64,000 nt of DNA from NCBI GenBank assembly GCA_964252035.1, contig OZ176205.1; one strand, written 5' to 3'. The position numbers and the translations under genes are program-made. This DNA comes from Podarcis erhardii (taxonomy: Eukaryota). The notes beneath the pieces are model-generated. The model did no database searches, was not told the origin of the DNA, and saw nothing but the letters and a program-made list of their open reading frames with translations. This document shows positions 22,447 to 34,957 of this stretch, in pieces (the first letter of the stretch is position 1; every line of letters starts with the position of its first letter).

Positions 22447-23302
22447 CTGGAAACGAGGACAATATAAACTTAAAATATGTGTTGATCTATGCATTTCTTA
22501 TGTTACCAATTTAGTTGGAATGTTCCTCCCCCACCTGAGAAACTGATGTAGCAGCTTCCACTACACTATGGAGAAAGAGAAAGCAGACATCACTATGTAA
22601 GTCATACCCCATTGTAAAGGAAACCTACTTCTACCAGGAGACCTTTAATAAGATATTATCCCAAGCCCTGCCAAAATAGGAGTCCTTGTGCCATGTTAAT
22701 AGAACCTCAAATATTGATACTATACATGTACTGTAGGCAGATGCACAGGTGCAAGTGTTTCAAATGGAAAGAAAAAGCTATTGCAGAAAAACACTGTTTC
22801 TATTTTGTCAAAGTGCATAGAAGTCTCTCTATAAAAACACTACCAGCACAGTTATTGTCTACATCAAGAGACAGTCATTGGTTCCATCTTTAGCTTAGGA
22901 AGCAGAAAAATTGAAGGCAATCAACATTTGCATTCTTAAGAAGCCTATCTGTACAGCTCAACCATTATTTCTTCTCCCTTCTTCAATGTGCTTTTAGAGG
23001 ACCTCCCTAGTAAATTAAGTCAAACAATGGGGCTATGGGTCAGCTGTTTTATTTGGTCTACATGCTTCCCACAGTAGAATATGAAGTCTCCTTAAGAGGT
23101 TTCTTTATAAGGTTAATCTGAAACATGTACTTGCAGCAATAAAGGGTTAACAGCACCACAGCACAACCTGGTGGTAAGAGCATGGAATACAACTATCCCG
23201 GCAGCACTGATGCAGAAGCTGAGTGCTTAAGAATTCCTACCAACTACACAAAGGTACTGATATTTTCTCTAAAAACTTGAAGATACTAAATCTTGGAGAT
23301 AC

Positions 23303-23414
23303 CTGCTGACTCACTGGGTGAGGACGGGGAAATGGTCTTGGGGATGCATCCTCTTCCACACCAGAGTCATGATCACTAACAGAAAGTTTACTAGCTGAGG
23401 AACCTTGTGATGGG
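23303..23414 (-). CDS. STIL: STIL exon 11 (CR2, proline-rich CPAP-binding motif)
   Basis: [37 protein letters not shown]. ttttttttAG|C acceptor; CAG|GTATCT donor; 112 nt. Confidence 0.9.
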
Positions 23415-23530
23415 CTAAAAAAAAATTAAAATCAAGTTTTGAGTTTTGTATTACATAGAAAATGTTTTGATTGCATAATAGAAAACAAAAATGTCTGATT
23501 AAATGCATAAGTATTTGAAAATGGTCTCAC

Positions 23531-23640
23531 CTGCTAAAGGAAATATTCTTTGAAATTTTACTGAAGAACTCCACTTCTGCATTTTTATTTTCTGAACTTA
23601 GTTCAAATTGAATATGGTATTTATCTGATGGCTCCACGTT
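23531..23640 (-). CDS. STIL: STIL exon 10
   Basis: NVEPSDKYHIQFELSSENKNAEVEFFSKISKNISF; 110 nt; AG|GTGAGA donor. Confidence 0.95.
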
Positions 23641-23849
23641 CTGAAATGAAGTAAATGTAGTCAGTAAGCTCCATTTAACAATTACCACACAACTTATCCT
23701 AACCAAAGTCATGTAAGAACTCTTCAAACAAACCCTAGTGCTGGTGCTACCTTCTTGCTTCCTTTGAGTTTTTATATTCAGGGGACCCTGGACTGGAGTA
23801 AAGATTAATGTTAAACAGGCAGGTACTTAGTAGAGGTTAAGAGCTAGAG

Positions 23850-24096
23850 CAGTGGTTTCTAATTGGTGGTCTGCGGACATCTGTGGCACATACCCATCAA
23901 CTATCCAGGACATCCCATTTGGGGACTGTGCTCTTACTTGGGTCATACGACTCACATGGGAGCACAGCCCAGAAGACACATGTTTGGTCTTCTGGGACAT
24001 GTTGGTGCTGGGACAACATTTTCAAAAGTAGGGGGTCCATGCCTTGGCTTCTGAAAAACAGGGGGTACACAGTACTTAGCTGATTGAGAACCACTG
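23850..24096. mobile_element. hAT (Charlie-like) non-autonomous element in STIL intron 9
   Basis: Ends CAGTGGTTTCTAA / TTGAGAACCACTG; 8-bp flanks AGCTAGAG / AGGTAGAG (7 of 8 identical). Confidence 0.75.
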
Positions 24097-24496
24097 AGGT
24101 AGAGGATCATTGGATACAGCAAATCCTCAGCTATAGCACCAGATCTAGTGTACACAAGTATTTTGGCACACAGAGAAATGAGCCCCAAAGGGAATCTGCC
24201 TGCTAGAACAAGCTTACCACATTCACAGTCCTGAACAAAAAGCATGGGCAGAGATATTGAAGTACTTATTTGTTTCTTAGTCTTCTGAAGCTGTTCTCAC
24301 TATAAACTCCTGATTGTTGCTTTAAAGCCATGCCAGTACCTGGCCTACACCTGACATCACATATGACTTCAGGGATGGGGAATGGTGAGTCAGGAATGGC
24401 TTGCTGGGCCAACTTTGCCCCTGTGATAAACAACCATTGACAAGCACCCCCTTGTAGCTGCACAGCCAACTTAAGTAGGGAAATCAAGCAACTTAC

Positions 24497-24644
24497 TTTG
24501 AAGCAACGTAATGTTTCTTTGCTTGTAAGTAGCTGGAAACCTAGTTTAGTATGTCCACCACAAGGAAGGCATTCATAGAACTCTGGATCTTTATGCGTCA
24601 GAGAATAAAGAATTACAAGGAAACTTCCTGATTCTGAAAGTACC
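24497..24644 (-). CDS. STIL: STIL exon 9
   Basis: [28 protein letters not shown]...[14 protein letters not shown]|GTAAGT; 148 nt. Confidence 0.96.
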
Positions 24645-25349
24645 CTGAAGAAAATAAATTAAAATACACTCATTAAACAGAAACAATAAATAAAAAAAAT
24701 CATTTGGCAATGTGATGTACTGAATTCAAAGGAAATAAATATTTTTTTAAAATTGAATTCAAATGGTAAAGCTTAATATAACAAATGCCATCAGATCACC
24801 TACAAGAACAGGAAGCAAAGGGGTAGTTCATATTTCAAATATAATTCAGCAATTGTGCTTTGTTGTTAAACTAAGTCCAGTTCACATCTTCAGCAAGTTG
24901 CCCAGCTCACTACCTGAAAATCATATTGCTCACTTAGTTCTGGGGAGCATGTAATTCTGTTGTTGATAGTGCTGCTGATCATCTTTGAATGGTTTGAGTC
25001 AGGTTATCTTAAACATTATCTCTTCCTACATTAATCTACTTAGATCTGACTGGGACAATCAAGCAATCTCCTGCTCTCTGATTTGTCCTGCTCTCTGATT
25101 TGTTTAATCTCTCACACACCCATTCTCTGTGGTTTCTGCTCCAAAATGGCTGCCATCAACCAGCAAAGTACAAAAAAACCAAGATGTAAAGAAGTAAGTT
25201 GTTTGGATAAGTGAATCTGTGGGGCATATAGTGAGGTTTGGCCATAACTCTAAATGTGGATAAATGATTTTTTGATAGCGAGCTTGCAGGTGGTGGGACC
25301 TGTGTGTATTTATCATTTATTGAGAAAAGTTCATTTTAATTATTATCAC

Positions 25350-25436
25350 CTTTCTTGAATTGAAGAGTTGAATAAGTAGTGCAGGCTGCAAGTCCAGACT
25401 TGCGGACTGTTGATGTGAGAGATTCCGCTCAACCAA
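25350..25436 (-). CDS. STIL: STIL exon 8
   Basis: [28 protein letters not shown]; 87 nt; AG|GTGATA donor. Confidence 0.96.
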
Positions 25437-25618
25437 CTAAAGGAAGAAAAAAAATAGGTTTGATGCTCATGTAGCATATATATTTTACTCAAACTGAGTT
25501 ATCCAGTTTAAGATTAATATTTCTGCAGTACATATTAAAACATTCTGCTTTTCTGGACAATGCCAAGCTCAAAGAAAGAAAAACAGAGGAAAGGTTCATA
25601 CTTCATCTAAATACTTAC

Positions 25619-25702
25619 ATGCCAATCAGTGGCAAAGTATAAGCTTTGGGATCAGATTCAAGAACTAGCAGTAGTTTTCTGGTCTGGTCCATTGTAAGAT
25701 AG
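25619..25702 (-). CDS. STIL: STIL exon 7
   Basis: [27 protein letters not shown]; 84 nt; AT|GTAAGT donor. Confidence 0.96.
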
Positions 25703-26926
25703 CTGTAAATAAGAAAAAAATAAATCCAAACTGTTTGAAAACCTGTCTCAGTCACTTGAGTCAACAAAAAGCTAGCCTTAAAAAAACCCCATAAAATCCT
25801 TCTGAGGATTACGTTTTTCATTGGTCACAATCAGGCATGTTACTGATGCAGGGAACTTGTGAAATGCTTTTAAAATATTGGTTGTATCCAATGGTGCCCC
25901 TGTGCTAGAAAAAGTGCTTCTGCAAAGGAGGACACCTGATTTTCACTGACCCATCCTACACAATAAAGCCCCCTGTGCCTTCTCCCACCAATCTTCTGTG
26001 AGTTTAAAGGACCCTCAGCATAGGGTTGCAACTGATAGAAAGGGGATTGGTGAAAATACGGTGTCTTGTGGAAGCGCTTCCACTATCTTAAAACCATTTT
26101 ATATCCACAGTGTAATACTAGAACTTAACACACAAGACATCTCTTATAATGATACACAAAACTATAGGTGGTATGTTCTGACATGTGTGTCAAGGAAAAC
26201 CTGATTTCTAATACCAGAGTAGGCACACAAATTCAACTTTTGACTTATATATCAACTGAAAGAAATAACTGGACTTGTTTGTATAGCACCAGCTTTAATT
26301 TCAAAATCCAATAGAAAATAAGAGTCCTCTGTGTAGGCCAATTCTTACACTAGAGCTGTTGAGAAGTCTTCCGCGAGGTGGAGACACAATGTGTAAAAGC
26401 TGCATTTCATGTGACTTATTAAGTGTATTTTTCCCACTGTGTGGAGTTTCAATACCAGTCAACATACTATACTGACCATCAAACTGTTCACAGGGTAACA
26501 GGCAATTTACACAGTAGACAATATTAGTGTGTTACAGACACTGTCTTAAGCTGCATTTGCAGCAGCTTCCACATGACAATAAATAAATCCATTCATGCTA
26601 GGTCAGTAATTTAAAGTGAGATGTAGAAGGTTGCATCAGTTAATAATACAAAAGAGAGTCCGTGTAATACAGCACAGTTTAGCTGTGACTGATGAAAAGA
26701 GTCTATAAATAGTGCCAGATCATTATATTCAAAACAAAGAAACTCCCCTAGCTGTAGTCAATTATATAGAAAACTTGGAAATCATACTGGATGATTTAAA
26801 GAGACTGGAAGCTACTTTCCAAGTCTCCTTAGAAATTATGCATTGATATATCTTACTCCAAGACCAAATGAAACAATATAGACAACTGAAATTTGCCAAA
26901 GTGACTAGCAATGAAGCTTAACATAC

Positions 26927-27174
26927 CCACATTTGCAGGTACCCTGAACTTGTGTAATGCTCATGTGGCTGCTCAGATTTCTAGCAAGAGCTGTAGGAAT
27001 TATTGGAACAGAATTCACAGGAGTGTATTTTAAGGCATTGGCAAATGTAACAGCTGCCCAGTGAAAGTCAAAGTTTAGGTTGTCCATATCTTCTGTGGAA
27101 TAAATGTGAACTCTTAAAGTCAGCAATTTCGAAGGTTCCAAAGAATCTTGACTGTTCAAATTCTGTTGCAGTAT
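26927..27174 (-). CDS. STIL: STIL exon 6
   Basis: ILQQNL...KLLTLRVHI...[10 protein letters not shown]...[13 protein letters not shown]...QVQGTCKC; 248 nt. Confidence 0.96.
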
Positions 27175-27601
27175 CTGTAGGGGAAAATTATGTCCGGATT
27201 AGTCTCAGACAGAAGCATGTTAGCAGGGTTTGTTCAAAGTTTAAGAACAGTAATGGCATTCTTTTCAAGCTAGGCATCTAAACTTCTGAAAAGAAACTTA
27301 GCTGGTCAGAGCTGTGATATATGGAGATTATTTTATTTCTCCTCTCCTATAAGAGTGCTCCAGAGAAAAAGATGTGAGAGAGTGAAAACAGAAATAAACA
27401 GAAGGGAATGTTAAAGAAAAACAGTTGCCATTTCCAAACTTATACTGAATAAAAAAGCTACACCCAGATACAGCTTTTCATGTCTAAGCATCTACCACTG
27501 TCCGGGACAAACTGAGAATAGCCAATGGATATTAACATAGAAAGACAGCAGCTATTCAATAAACAACCTTTGTGTTAAAATAAGGGTCCCAAGTTTCTTA
27601 C

Positions 27602-27789
27602 CTTAAAAGCCAAGCTGAAATCTTCAGAATTGTGCACTATGACATCACCAGATGAAAATCCCCAAGCACTAACAGTACATGGAATCAAAAAATCTCCAGG
27701 AAGCGATGCTGTTGGTATTTTCCCCAAGCCACCAGTTACTTCACGACCCGGATCAAAACGATCTATTGTTAGTGATACACCTTCACCAT
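27602..27789 (-). CDS. STIL: STIL exon 5
   Basis: [17 protein letters not shown]...[13 protein letters not shown]...FSLAFK|GTAAGA; 188 nt. Confidence 0.96.
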
Positions 27790-28610
27790 CTGTGCCAGAG
27801 AAGTTAGGCAAGTTAGAATACATTCTATGAAGATGGCTCACTGATCCCAAATTTCACCAAGGCTTAAAACAAGACCGTTTGTTAGACTTATCCAGCACTA
27901 TGATGCTCACTCACATTTCAAGGTTCACACAAACCCTGCCCAAAGTAATTAGACAGCTGTAATTTTGATGAAGTCTTATTTAAGTGATAGTCATCTTTGC
28001 ATACAGCAGGTTGCTGGTTCAACATTTCCAGTTAAAAGGACATAAGGTAGCAGAACAGAAGATATTTTCCTGAGGTTACAAAGTCACTGCCAGTTACAAT
28101 AGACTAGTAGACCATTGAGGTAACACTGTAAACAGGTTTGCCTGTACTTAAAGTAACACAAACATCAAAATGCACAGTTCAGTGAAATAGTCATCAACAT
28201 GCCATCACTGTACAGTGAAACCTCAGTTGTCGAACGTAATCTCTAGTTGAAAGGATCTCAAGCAGCAGGGTTGGGAAAGTCACCTCAGACCTTGAAGAGC
28301 CATTGCCCATCAGGAGAGACAATATTTAGATACAACATGTGTAACCAAGAGGGACCCCCACCCCCAATATTGTTGGATTACCAACATTGTGAGTGGCAAG
28401 GGACATTGGAAGTTGTAGTCCAGCAACATCTGGAGAAAGCAATGCTGATTCCACTGGCCTAGAAGGATCAATAGCCCAACAATGTAAGGCAGGCTCATGT
28501 TTACACCCCTTGGTATCATTCACAAAATAATCATGTTATAAAGACACACTGCTGTAAGGCTTATTTGTTGAGTCAAATAGAATGGCAATGGCCTCTAACA
28601 AGATACCTAC

Positions 28611-28726
28611 CTTCACCTACTGCAAGATTTCCAATCAGAAAACATGTGAAGGGTTTTCTTCTACTCTGCCTAGCATGACGATGGGTCAGTCGCAGTGTTT
28701 TCTCATGCATTATCAGTTTAGGATTT
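28611..28726 (-). CDS. STIL: STIL exon 4
   Basis: NPKLIMHEKTLRLTHRHARQ...CFLIGNLAVGE; 116 nt; G|GTAGGT donor. Confidence 0.95.
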
Positions 28727-29588
28727 CTGAAGAAACACAAATTAAAGTTTCAGTACTTAGGTTTACTATTTCTAAGTATACGAAGACTGATAGTTATCTC
28801 AAAGAATAATTCACTACTGCCACAAAATACAAATGATCCATGTTACAAAAAAAAAAAAAAAAAAAAAGGAAAGCAAGAATTGATGTGGGAAAAATTGGAG
28901 AAGCACCTTGAAAAAGTTGCTTAGGTTTGAAATTGTTCATTTATGTGTTATTAGTCGAAAAGCAACCATGATGCATTGTAATTATTTTTAGTAATTTTCC
29001 CAAGCTCAAATTTTGGATTTATTTTACTACATAGAAAATAGTTGAGTCAATCAGTTCTGAGTTGTTTATTGATTTAAAAAAACCATTACACTTCACTGAA
29101 ATTATCTTGCTCCATGTATGGCAGAAAAATCAACTATGTCACTCTTGTGCCACATTACAGAAAGCGCAAACTACAGTATTAGCTGTGGCTTCTTAGGGAC
29201 ACCTTTTTCTCTGCCCTAAATACAATTTGTACTTGCCCAATGTCTTTTCTTGGGGTGCTGTATGATTTGTTGTTCCAATAGGTAAAATTGAAGGAAAGCA
29301 GTTACTGGCAAAACTTTAATAAAAGCTTCCTTACAGTACAAAATTGTTCAAACATGGAACAGACCTCATATGGAGGTACTGGGCTTCCCTTTACTGGAAG
29401 TATATAAGCAGCAGGTAGTCACCCATCTGTCAATAATACTGCTGCTGCATCCTGCATTAAACAGGACTTGGACTAGATGACCTCCATGGTATTATAACAA
29501 TTGGATTCAGAGTTGGAGGAAGAGTTATTGATAGATGAGTAAACAGTTCAGGGCAAGAAAAACTCTTAATCTATATGAGACACCATAC

Positions 29589-29693
29589 CTATAACACAGG
29601 TGAGAGACAATGCTTTCTCCAACAGGAGCTGGATTCCAAAGTGCACATTTTGATGCAGGAAAGCTGAAAGGCACCATTTTCCCCAAAACACCT
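29589..29693 (-). CDS. STIL: STIL exon 3
   Basis: [34 protein letters not shown]; 105 nt; AG|GTATGG donor. Confidence 0.95.
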   Translation of the reverse strand, partial: RCFGENGAFQLSCIKMCTLESSSCWRKHCLSPVL

Positions 29694-29778
29694 CTGAAAA
29701 GACATACAAATTTACTACTTTTTATTTGGGCACAGTTGGAGATAAGCAGAAGACAAGTTTACCAAATTCTCCCAAAAT

Positions 29779-29811
<33 letters not shown>

Positions 29812-29925
29812 AATTTATTATTTATACCCCACCCATCTGGCTGGACTTCCCCAGCCACTCTGGGCAGCTTCCAACAAAATATTAAAACACAGTAATCCAT
29901 CAAACATTAAAAGTTTCCCTAAACA
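29779..29925 (-). mobile_element. Retroposon 3' end (L2-like) with an (AAC)10 tail
   Basis: (AAC)n then ATAATTTATTATTTATACCCCACCCATCTGGCTGG...CCAGCCACTCTGGGCAGCTTCC; recognised as a common lacertid LINE 3' end. Confidence 0.6.
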
Positions 29926-30720
29926 TGGTAGGAGTGTGCTCCTTTAAGATGGAAAATGTAGGTTTTTCATATTCACTTTAAATATATGTATTGCAAAGCA
30001 GTGGGTGGTATTCACCTAACTTTTATGCAGAGTAGACCTCCTGAAATGGCTCTAAATTAGTTATGTGCATTAATTTCAATTGGTTTACTCTGACTTAATT
30101 GAATATCACCCATTAACTACTTATATGGTATTTTGCAAAAGAAGCCATTTCAAACAGAACACTTTCAGCTTAATTCAACCCAGTTGTAAGCAGTGCTGAA
30201 TGTTTCATACACAAACTCAACTTAAAACTCCAGGGCATACTAGGACTGAGCTGAATAGTCTTTTTAAAGAATCATGCAAGGGCTGAGGAAATCAAATAGG
30301 TCCTCAAAAACAGTGCAATGGGAAAAAGCTTTGGACAATTCTGCTCCTTTTTTGTGGGGTGGAGGGTTGTGTTTGCCTTATTTTACATTACAAGTTACCT
30401 GAGGGGAGCTTTATTTTTCTTTAACCACTATGTTTAAGTAGTGCAGCGCTCTCATGCTGTCTTCCACACTAGCAACAATTCCTGAGTTGCCCACATGGTC
30501 ATGTCAGGAAATGCTGCCAGGCTGGGAGCTAACTTGCAGAGAGCTCTGGACTGCTTCGAGTGCATGCAAGGCTTTAAACACATGTGGCACAGTCAATGAA
30601 TATCAATATGATTATCTCAAGGAAAACAGCCCACACCTCTGGTTTTCCCAAGTAACAGTGGCAAACTGGTGTAGTAGAGGGGAAAGGAGGAGGGAGTACA
30701 CCAGCAAGTAATATCAACTA

Positions 30721-30958
30721 CAGGGGTACCTCTGGATGCGAACGGGATCTGTTCCAGAGCCCCGTTCGCATCCTGAGCAGAACGCAACCCACGTCTGCGC
30801 ATGTTACGATTCACCGCTTCTGTGCATGACATCATTTTGAGCGTCTGCACATGCATGAGCGGCGAAACCCAGAAGTAACCCATTCTGTTACTTCCGGGTC
30901 ACTGGAACACAACCTGAAAACGCTCAACCTGAAGCTACTTTAACGCGAGGTATGACTG
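30721..30958. mobile_element. Tc1/mariner (Tigger-like) MITE, diverged subfamily
   Basis: TA|CAGGGGTACCTC ... GAGGTATGACTG|TA. Confidence 0.7.
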
Positions 30959-31469
30959 TATCAGGAATAAACATGCACCAGATACATATTACTGTTACAC
31001 ACGTAAACAAAGCCAAGCTACTGGAACATATCATGTTGTCCTGGGTTCCTTAGATGGTAGGGCAGAACCTAACTTTAAAAAATAAAATAAATATCAGTGA
31101 CACATTTAGGACTGAACTGTTATAATTAACAAGCAGTGATACAATTTCTAGCTATCCATACTTTTCAACGTCTTCAGGGTACTCTGTTCTATTTGCCTTT
31201 ATAGTGACTGAGTTAGAATCAGGGCCTCAGGAAATAAACATAAAAACACCTGAACAAATAGGAAATGCTGCTGACGTGTGACTTGGATCCCTCATGTGAC
31301 AGGCTGTAAATCATATTCATATTGAAAGAGATCATAATTTCTGCAATAATACCTTTGGTTTTGAGACACAGGTGAAATTAGTTCCATGAGGCTTTAAGCA
31401 TCCGTTTGATCACTTCACCCTCTGAGAAAATGCAAGAACAGGAATAAGATAAAAGATACAGTTAAGTAC

Positions 31470-31513
31470 CGCGAAGTAATCGTGTCTGATACCAGTATTT
31501 TAGCATACTCCAT
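31470..31513 (-). CDS. STIL: STIL first coding exon (exon 2): MEYAKILVSDTITS(R)
   Basis: ATG at 31513; 44 nt to donor CG|GTACTT. Length and phase 2 match what exon 3 needs and the human first coding exon as I recall it. Protein similarity is weak. Confidence 0.75.
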
Positions 31514-33266
31514 TTCTGATATATCAAGGGAAGTTATTTATTGTCTAACTTGCAACATCTAATCTGCAACCTACCAGCAACATTTTTTTTCTAGTCAAAT
31601 AGTTGTATCTTGGCTCTCAAGTTTTACTTTTACATTATTCCAGTGCTAGGTCTGGTATGCCCATGTACATAATACCCACGTACATAAAAACATAAGAGCC
31701 TGCTGAATCAGGCCAATGGGCCATCTAGTTCAACATCCTGTTCTCACAGCGGATGAACAGTACACCTCTATCATGGTTATCACAATTTTGTGGAAGGGCT
31801 ATTATTGACCATGGAACTTGTAAATAACAAGTAGTCAATGTGGTGCCCTCCAGGTGTTCTTGAATTACAAGTCCCATCATTCCTGATGACTAGTACTAGT
31901 CATTCTGGCTGGGGCTGATGGAAGTTGTAGTCCAACAGCATCTTGAGGGCACATTGGCTAACACCATTTTAAAGGCACAAATTCAATAACCGTCTCATTC
32001 CCCAGCATAAGTTATTGCTACTGTGTTCTACTGTTTCTTCCAACTGCTCAAAATCACAGTTAAGGTGACTAACAGTCATAATTTAAAATTTATGAAACAA
32101 AAACTTTTGTTTAAAGCAAACAAGAGTTTGCTTTCAGAATAGAAAGATATCTGTATTTGAAAATCAGCGGTGAATGATTCTACACTCCCCAATAGCTGGT
32201 AGCCAAAACTCCATCCATCTGACCTGCTCATTTCTGCCTGCCCAAGATTTCTACTTTTTAAGATCACCATCACTTTTTATTGTGCTTCAGTGGTCTTTGG
32301 GGGCTTTGTCTATTTTGCCCAGTGAAAGAAGCACTGCACTCAAGAAAGCAAACAGCAATGCTAGTTCAAACCACTGCTCTCAGATTTCCCTCCCACCAGG
32401 TCACCAGAACCATCCCCCACAGGTCAAATACTAGTTGGCAATCATCAGCTTAATGTGGTGAATTACCGGTATTGAAATCCTATTAAATTCATAGGTAGCC
32501 AGCAACCAAAAGATGGGCTAAAGTGGCATTTTTTTGAGCCAATTCATAATCAAAAGTGATCAGTATTAGAGGAATATTAATTTATGAGCATTTTATATAA
32601 CTGGGTGGTAGGCAACATCACCCTAATTTCAAATATTAACTGCCTCAATTTTTATGACTGCCCCCTCCCAGACCCATTTAATTCAAGGTTTGAGTAGTTT
32701 GCCTACCCATGTGCTAGTCCTTCTGGTGTTGTGCACTGCTACAACTGCCAGTATTCTTGGCATATACTTTTATTCTTATTTTTGTATACTATTGTGCTAT
32801 TTCATAACGGTGAGCCGTTTATACCTAATAATAATGATGATGATGTTGGGGGAAAAACCTTAATAGTAGATAAAACAGCTGCGGCTCTGGATTTTCCCCA
32901 AGGCGATACACTGAAAAACACGGATCTGAGCCATGTTTCCCCCAACTCATCCTCCGCGTCCCAGGCAGAGGGCAGGTGGGGAGACGAGGGGACTTCACCT
33001 ATTGAACGTCCACGAGGCCCACAAGCTGTGACATAAGGAGACAGAAACGCTGACTTGCTCGTGGACACAGCTCTGTGTTTTTAAAGATGGGGGGGGGGGG
33101 CGGACAACTTATTTGAAAAGGGAAACACCTGGTCTAATAGACAGGCGCGGCTGGGGGAGCTAGTTATGAGGGAAGCGCACAGGGAACCGAAGGGGCGGAA
33201 AGGAAACGGCGGGCGACGCGGGCAGAGAAAAGCCACCCAGCTCAGGTGCAGCGGTTCCCCACCTAC

Positions 33267-33400
33267 CTCACGACTCCTCGCCAGAGCCCCCTTTTCCACG
33301 CGCCGCCAACGCACTCTCGGTGCTCGAGAGCCTGGCGCGGCGGTCAAGATGTAACCGAATTCTTACCTCCTCCCTGTTGTGGCGGCTCCGATGGCGGCAC
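33267..33400 (-). other. STIL: Candidate STIL non-coding exon 1
   Basis: Strong donors GAG|GTAGGT (33267/33266) and GAG|GTAAGA (33367/33366) just downstream of a CCAAT cluster in a CpG island. TSS not determinable. Confidence 0.5.
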
Positions 33401-33570
33401 GGGCGGCCAATCAGCGATCCCTCTCCCGCGAGGTCCACCCAGCCAATCGTGGCTCGCGACCCCTTCTATTAATCGCTGACATCGCGTCAATCAAAACCGT
33501 TGCACCCGCCCAGCAGGTCTCCGTAACCAATCCAAAAGCCCTAAATGAGACTAAGGCCCGTTGCGCGCGC
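33400..33570 (-). promoter_or_regulatory. STIL: STIL promoter: multiple CCAAT boxes (33407, 33443, 33527; TCAAT at 33487) and an E2F-like TTGCGCGC
   Basis: Motifs read directly. Several spaced NF-Y boxes are typical of cell-cycle-regulated promoters. Confidence 0.6.
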
Positions 33571-34534
33571 GCGGACCTCTTGTGGGAGGGATATTTAAAA
33601 AAAACATGGCTTTGTTTTAAACGGTCGCAGCAAGGGAGCTATTGCGCAAGCGCAGAGTCTGAAAGTGGAAAGAGGAAGGGGCGTGATTCCTTTTGTTACC
33701 TTAGTGATAACAGATACCTAGGCTTCGAGCGATGCTTCAGAAAGTGCTTGGGTAAACATAGTTGTGGGATGGTCTATTCAAGTCATGCTTACATATAATC
33801 TTGTATACGTTTTCTTGAAAGTAAATGCCGCTATATTTCAGGGGATTCGCCCCAGTAAGTACCTCCGAGGGTCGTTGGTAGGACTACTCGGCATGTCTTA
33901 TTCAGAGCGAAGTCCATTTTCAGTGGGTAAGCGGATACAGGATGGAAGCCTAAATACATCGCAGCAAAAACGTTATTTTGGCGCCTTAAAGACGAACAGG
34001 TTTAAGTGGCATCATCTGCAGACTGGTCTACTTTCAGCTGATATATGTCATCCCCGGTTGCAAGATGCTTCCTCTACTACACTCTCACCTGCCAACTAGA
34101 CTGCACCTGAGGAAGTGGACTCTTGTCCACAAAAGCGGGAGGGGGCCACAGGGCTTCGGCTTTGTGCTGCTTTGTCTTGCCCTCTTCCCAAACAGTGCCA
34201 GCATAGTAGCAGCATTTCTGCGGCCAAAAGTTTGCAAGCAATCGCAGAAAGGACAGAGACCTACAAGAAGCTCCTTTCGGGCGCGTATCGCATGCATGAA
34301 TCCATATACTGTATCTATATGAACTTCCAAACGAGAATAGGTATTTCTTGATTTCTGTCTGTGTGTGTATATGTTTGCGTGTGCGTGCACACATATACGC
34401 GTTTCTTTGTTTCTTTTTTAGTTGTTCCTGAAAGTATCCCCTCCTCATCCACGTAGGATCCCTCCTAGACAAGGCGAACCGACCCCCGTCTAAAACAGCC
34501 TCTTCTCCGGAGCCCTTCACGGGACGCCGCGCGG

Positions 34535-34650
34535 GCGCAGGCGCGTAGCCCCGCCCTCTCCCTGGCCCCGCCCCCTTGCCCGCCATGTCGCCCCTCCCCC
34601 AGCAGCAGCAGCAGCAGCAGCGAGAGTGACCGAGCGGGAACCCGGAAGCG
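34535..34650 (+). promoter_or_regulatory. CMPK1: CMPK1 proximal promoter
   Basis: NRF1-like GCGCAGGCGC 34535-44; GC boxes at 34549 and 34566; YY1-like CGCCATGT at 34581; (CAG)7 at 34600-20; ETS CCGGAAG at 34642. Confidence 0.55.
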
Positions 34651-34762
34651 CTTTCCCTTCCCGGTGACACCTCAGCCGCCACCTCAGCCGGAGGAGTGAG
34701 GTGGCGTCGGGACAGTTAGCGAGCCCACCATCCCTGCCGGCGCGGCGCTTCTCCCCCGGCGT

Positions 34763-34957
34763 ATGTTCTGTCGCTGCCTCTTGGCTTCCGCGGCTCGTGT
34801 CGGTCCCTCGGCTCCTCGGCTGGGCGCGGCGGCGGCGGCGTCCTTGGTTTCTTCCGCCCCTTCCCCTCGCTTGCTGCTCCTCATGAAGCCGGTGGTCGTG
34901 TTCGTTCTCGGCGGGCCTGGCGCCGGAAAGGGGACCCAGTGCGCCCGCGTTGTGGAG
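34763..34957 (+). CDS. CMPK1: CMPK1 (UMP-CMP kinase) exon 1; upstream ATG at 34763, canonical ATG at 34883
   Basis: MKPVVVFVLGGPGAGKGTQCARVVE with the P-loop; donor GAG|GTAAGG. Confidence 0.96.

Noticed and set aside
25104-25316. ORF between STIL exons 8 and 9 as an extra exon
   Set aside because: The STIL reading frame is complete and collinear with the human protein without it.
31570-33266. Cryptic V(D)J recombination signals in STIL intron 1 (analogue of SIL-TAL1 breakpoints)
   Set aside because: I saw only imperfect heptamers (e.g. CACAGTT near 32055) and no nonamer at 12/23 spacing; an RSS information-content scan would be needed.
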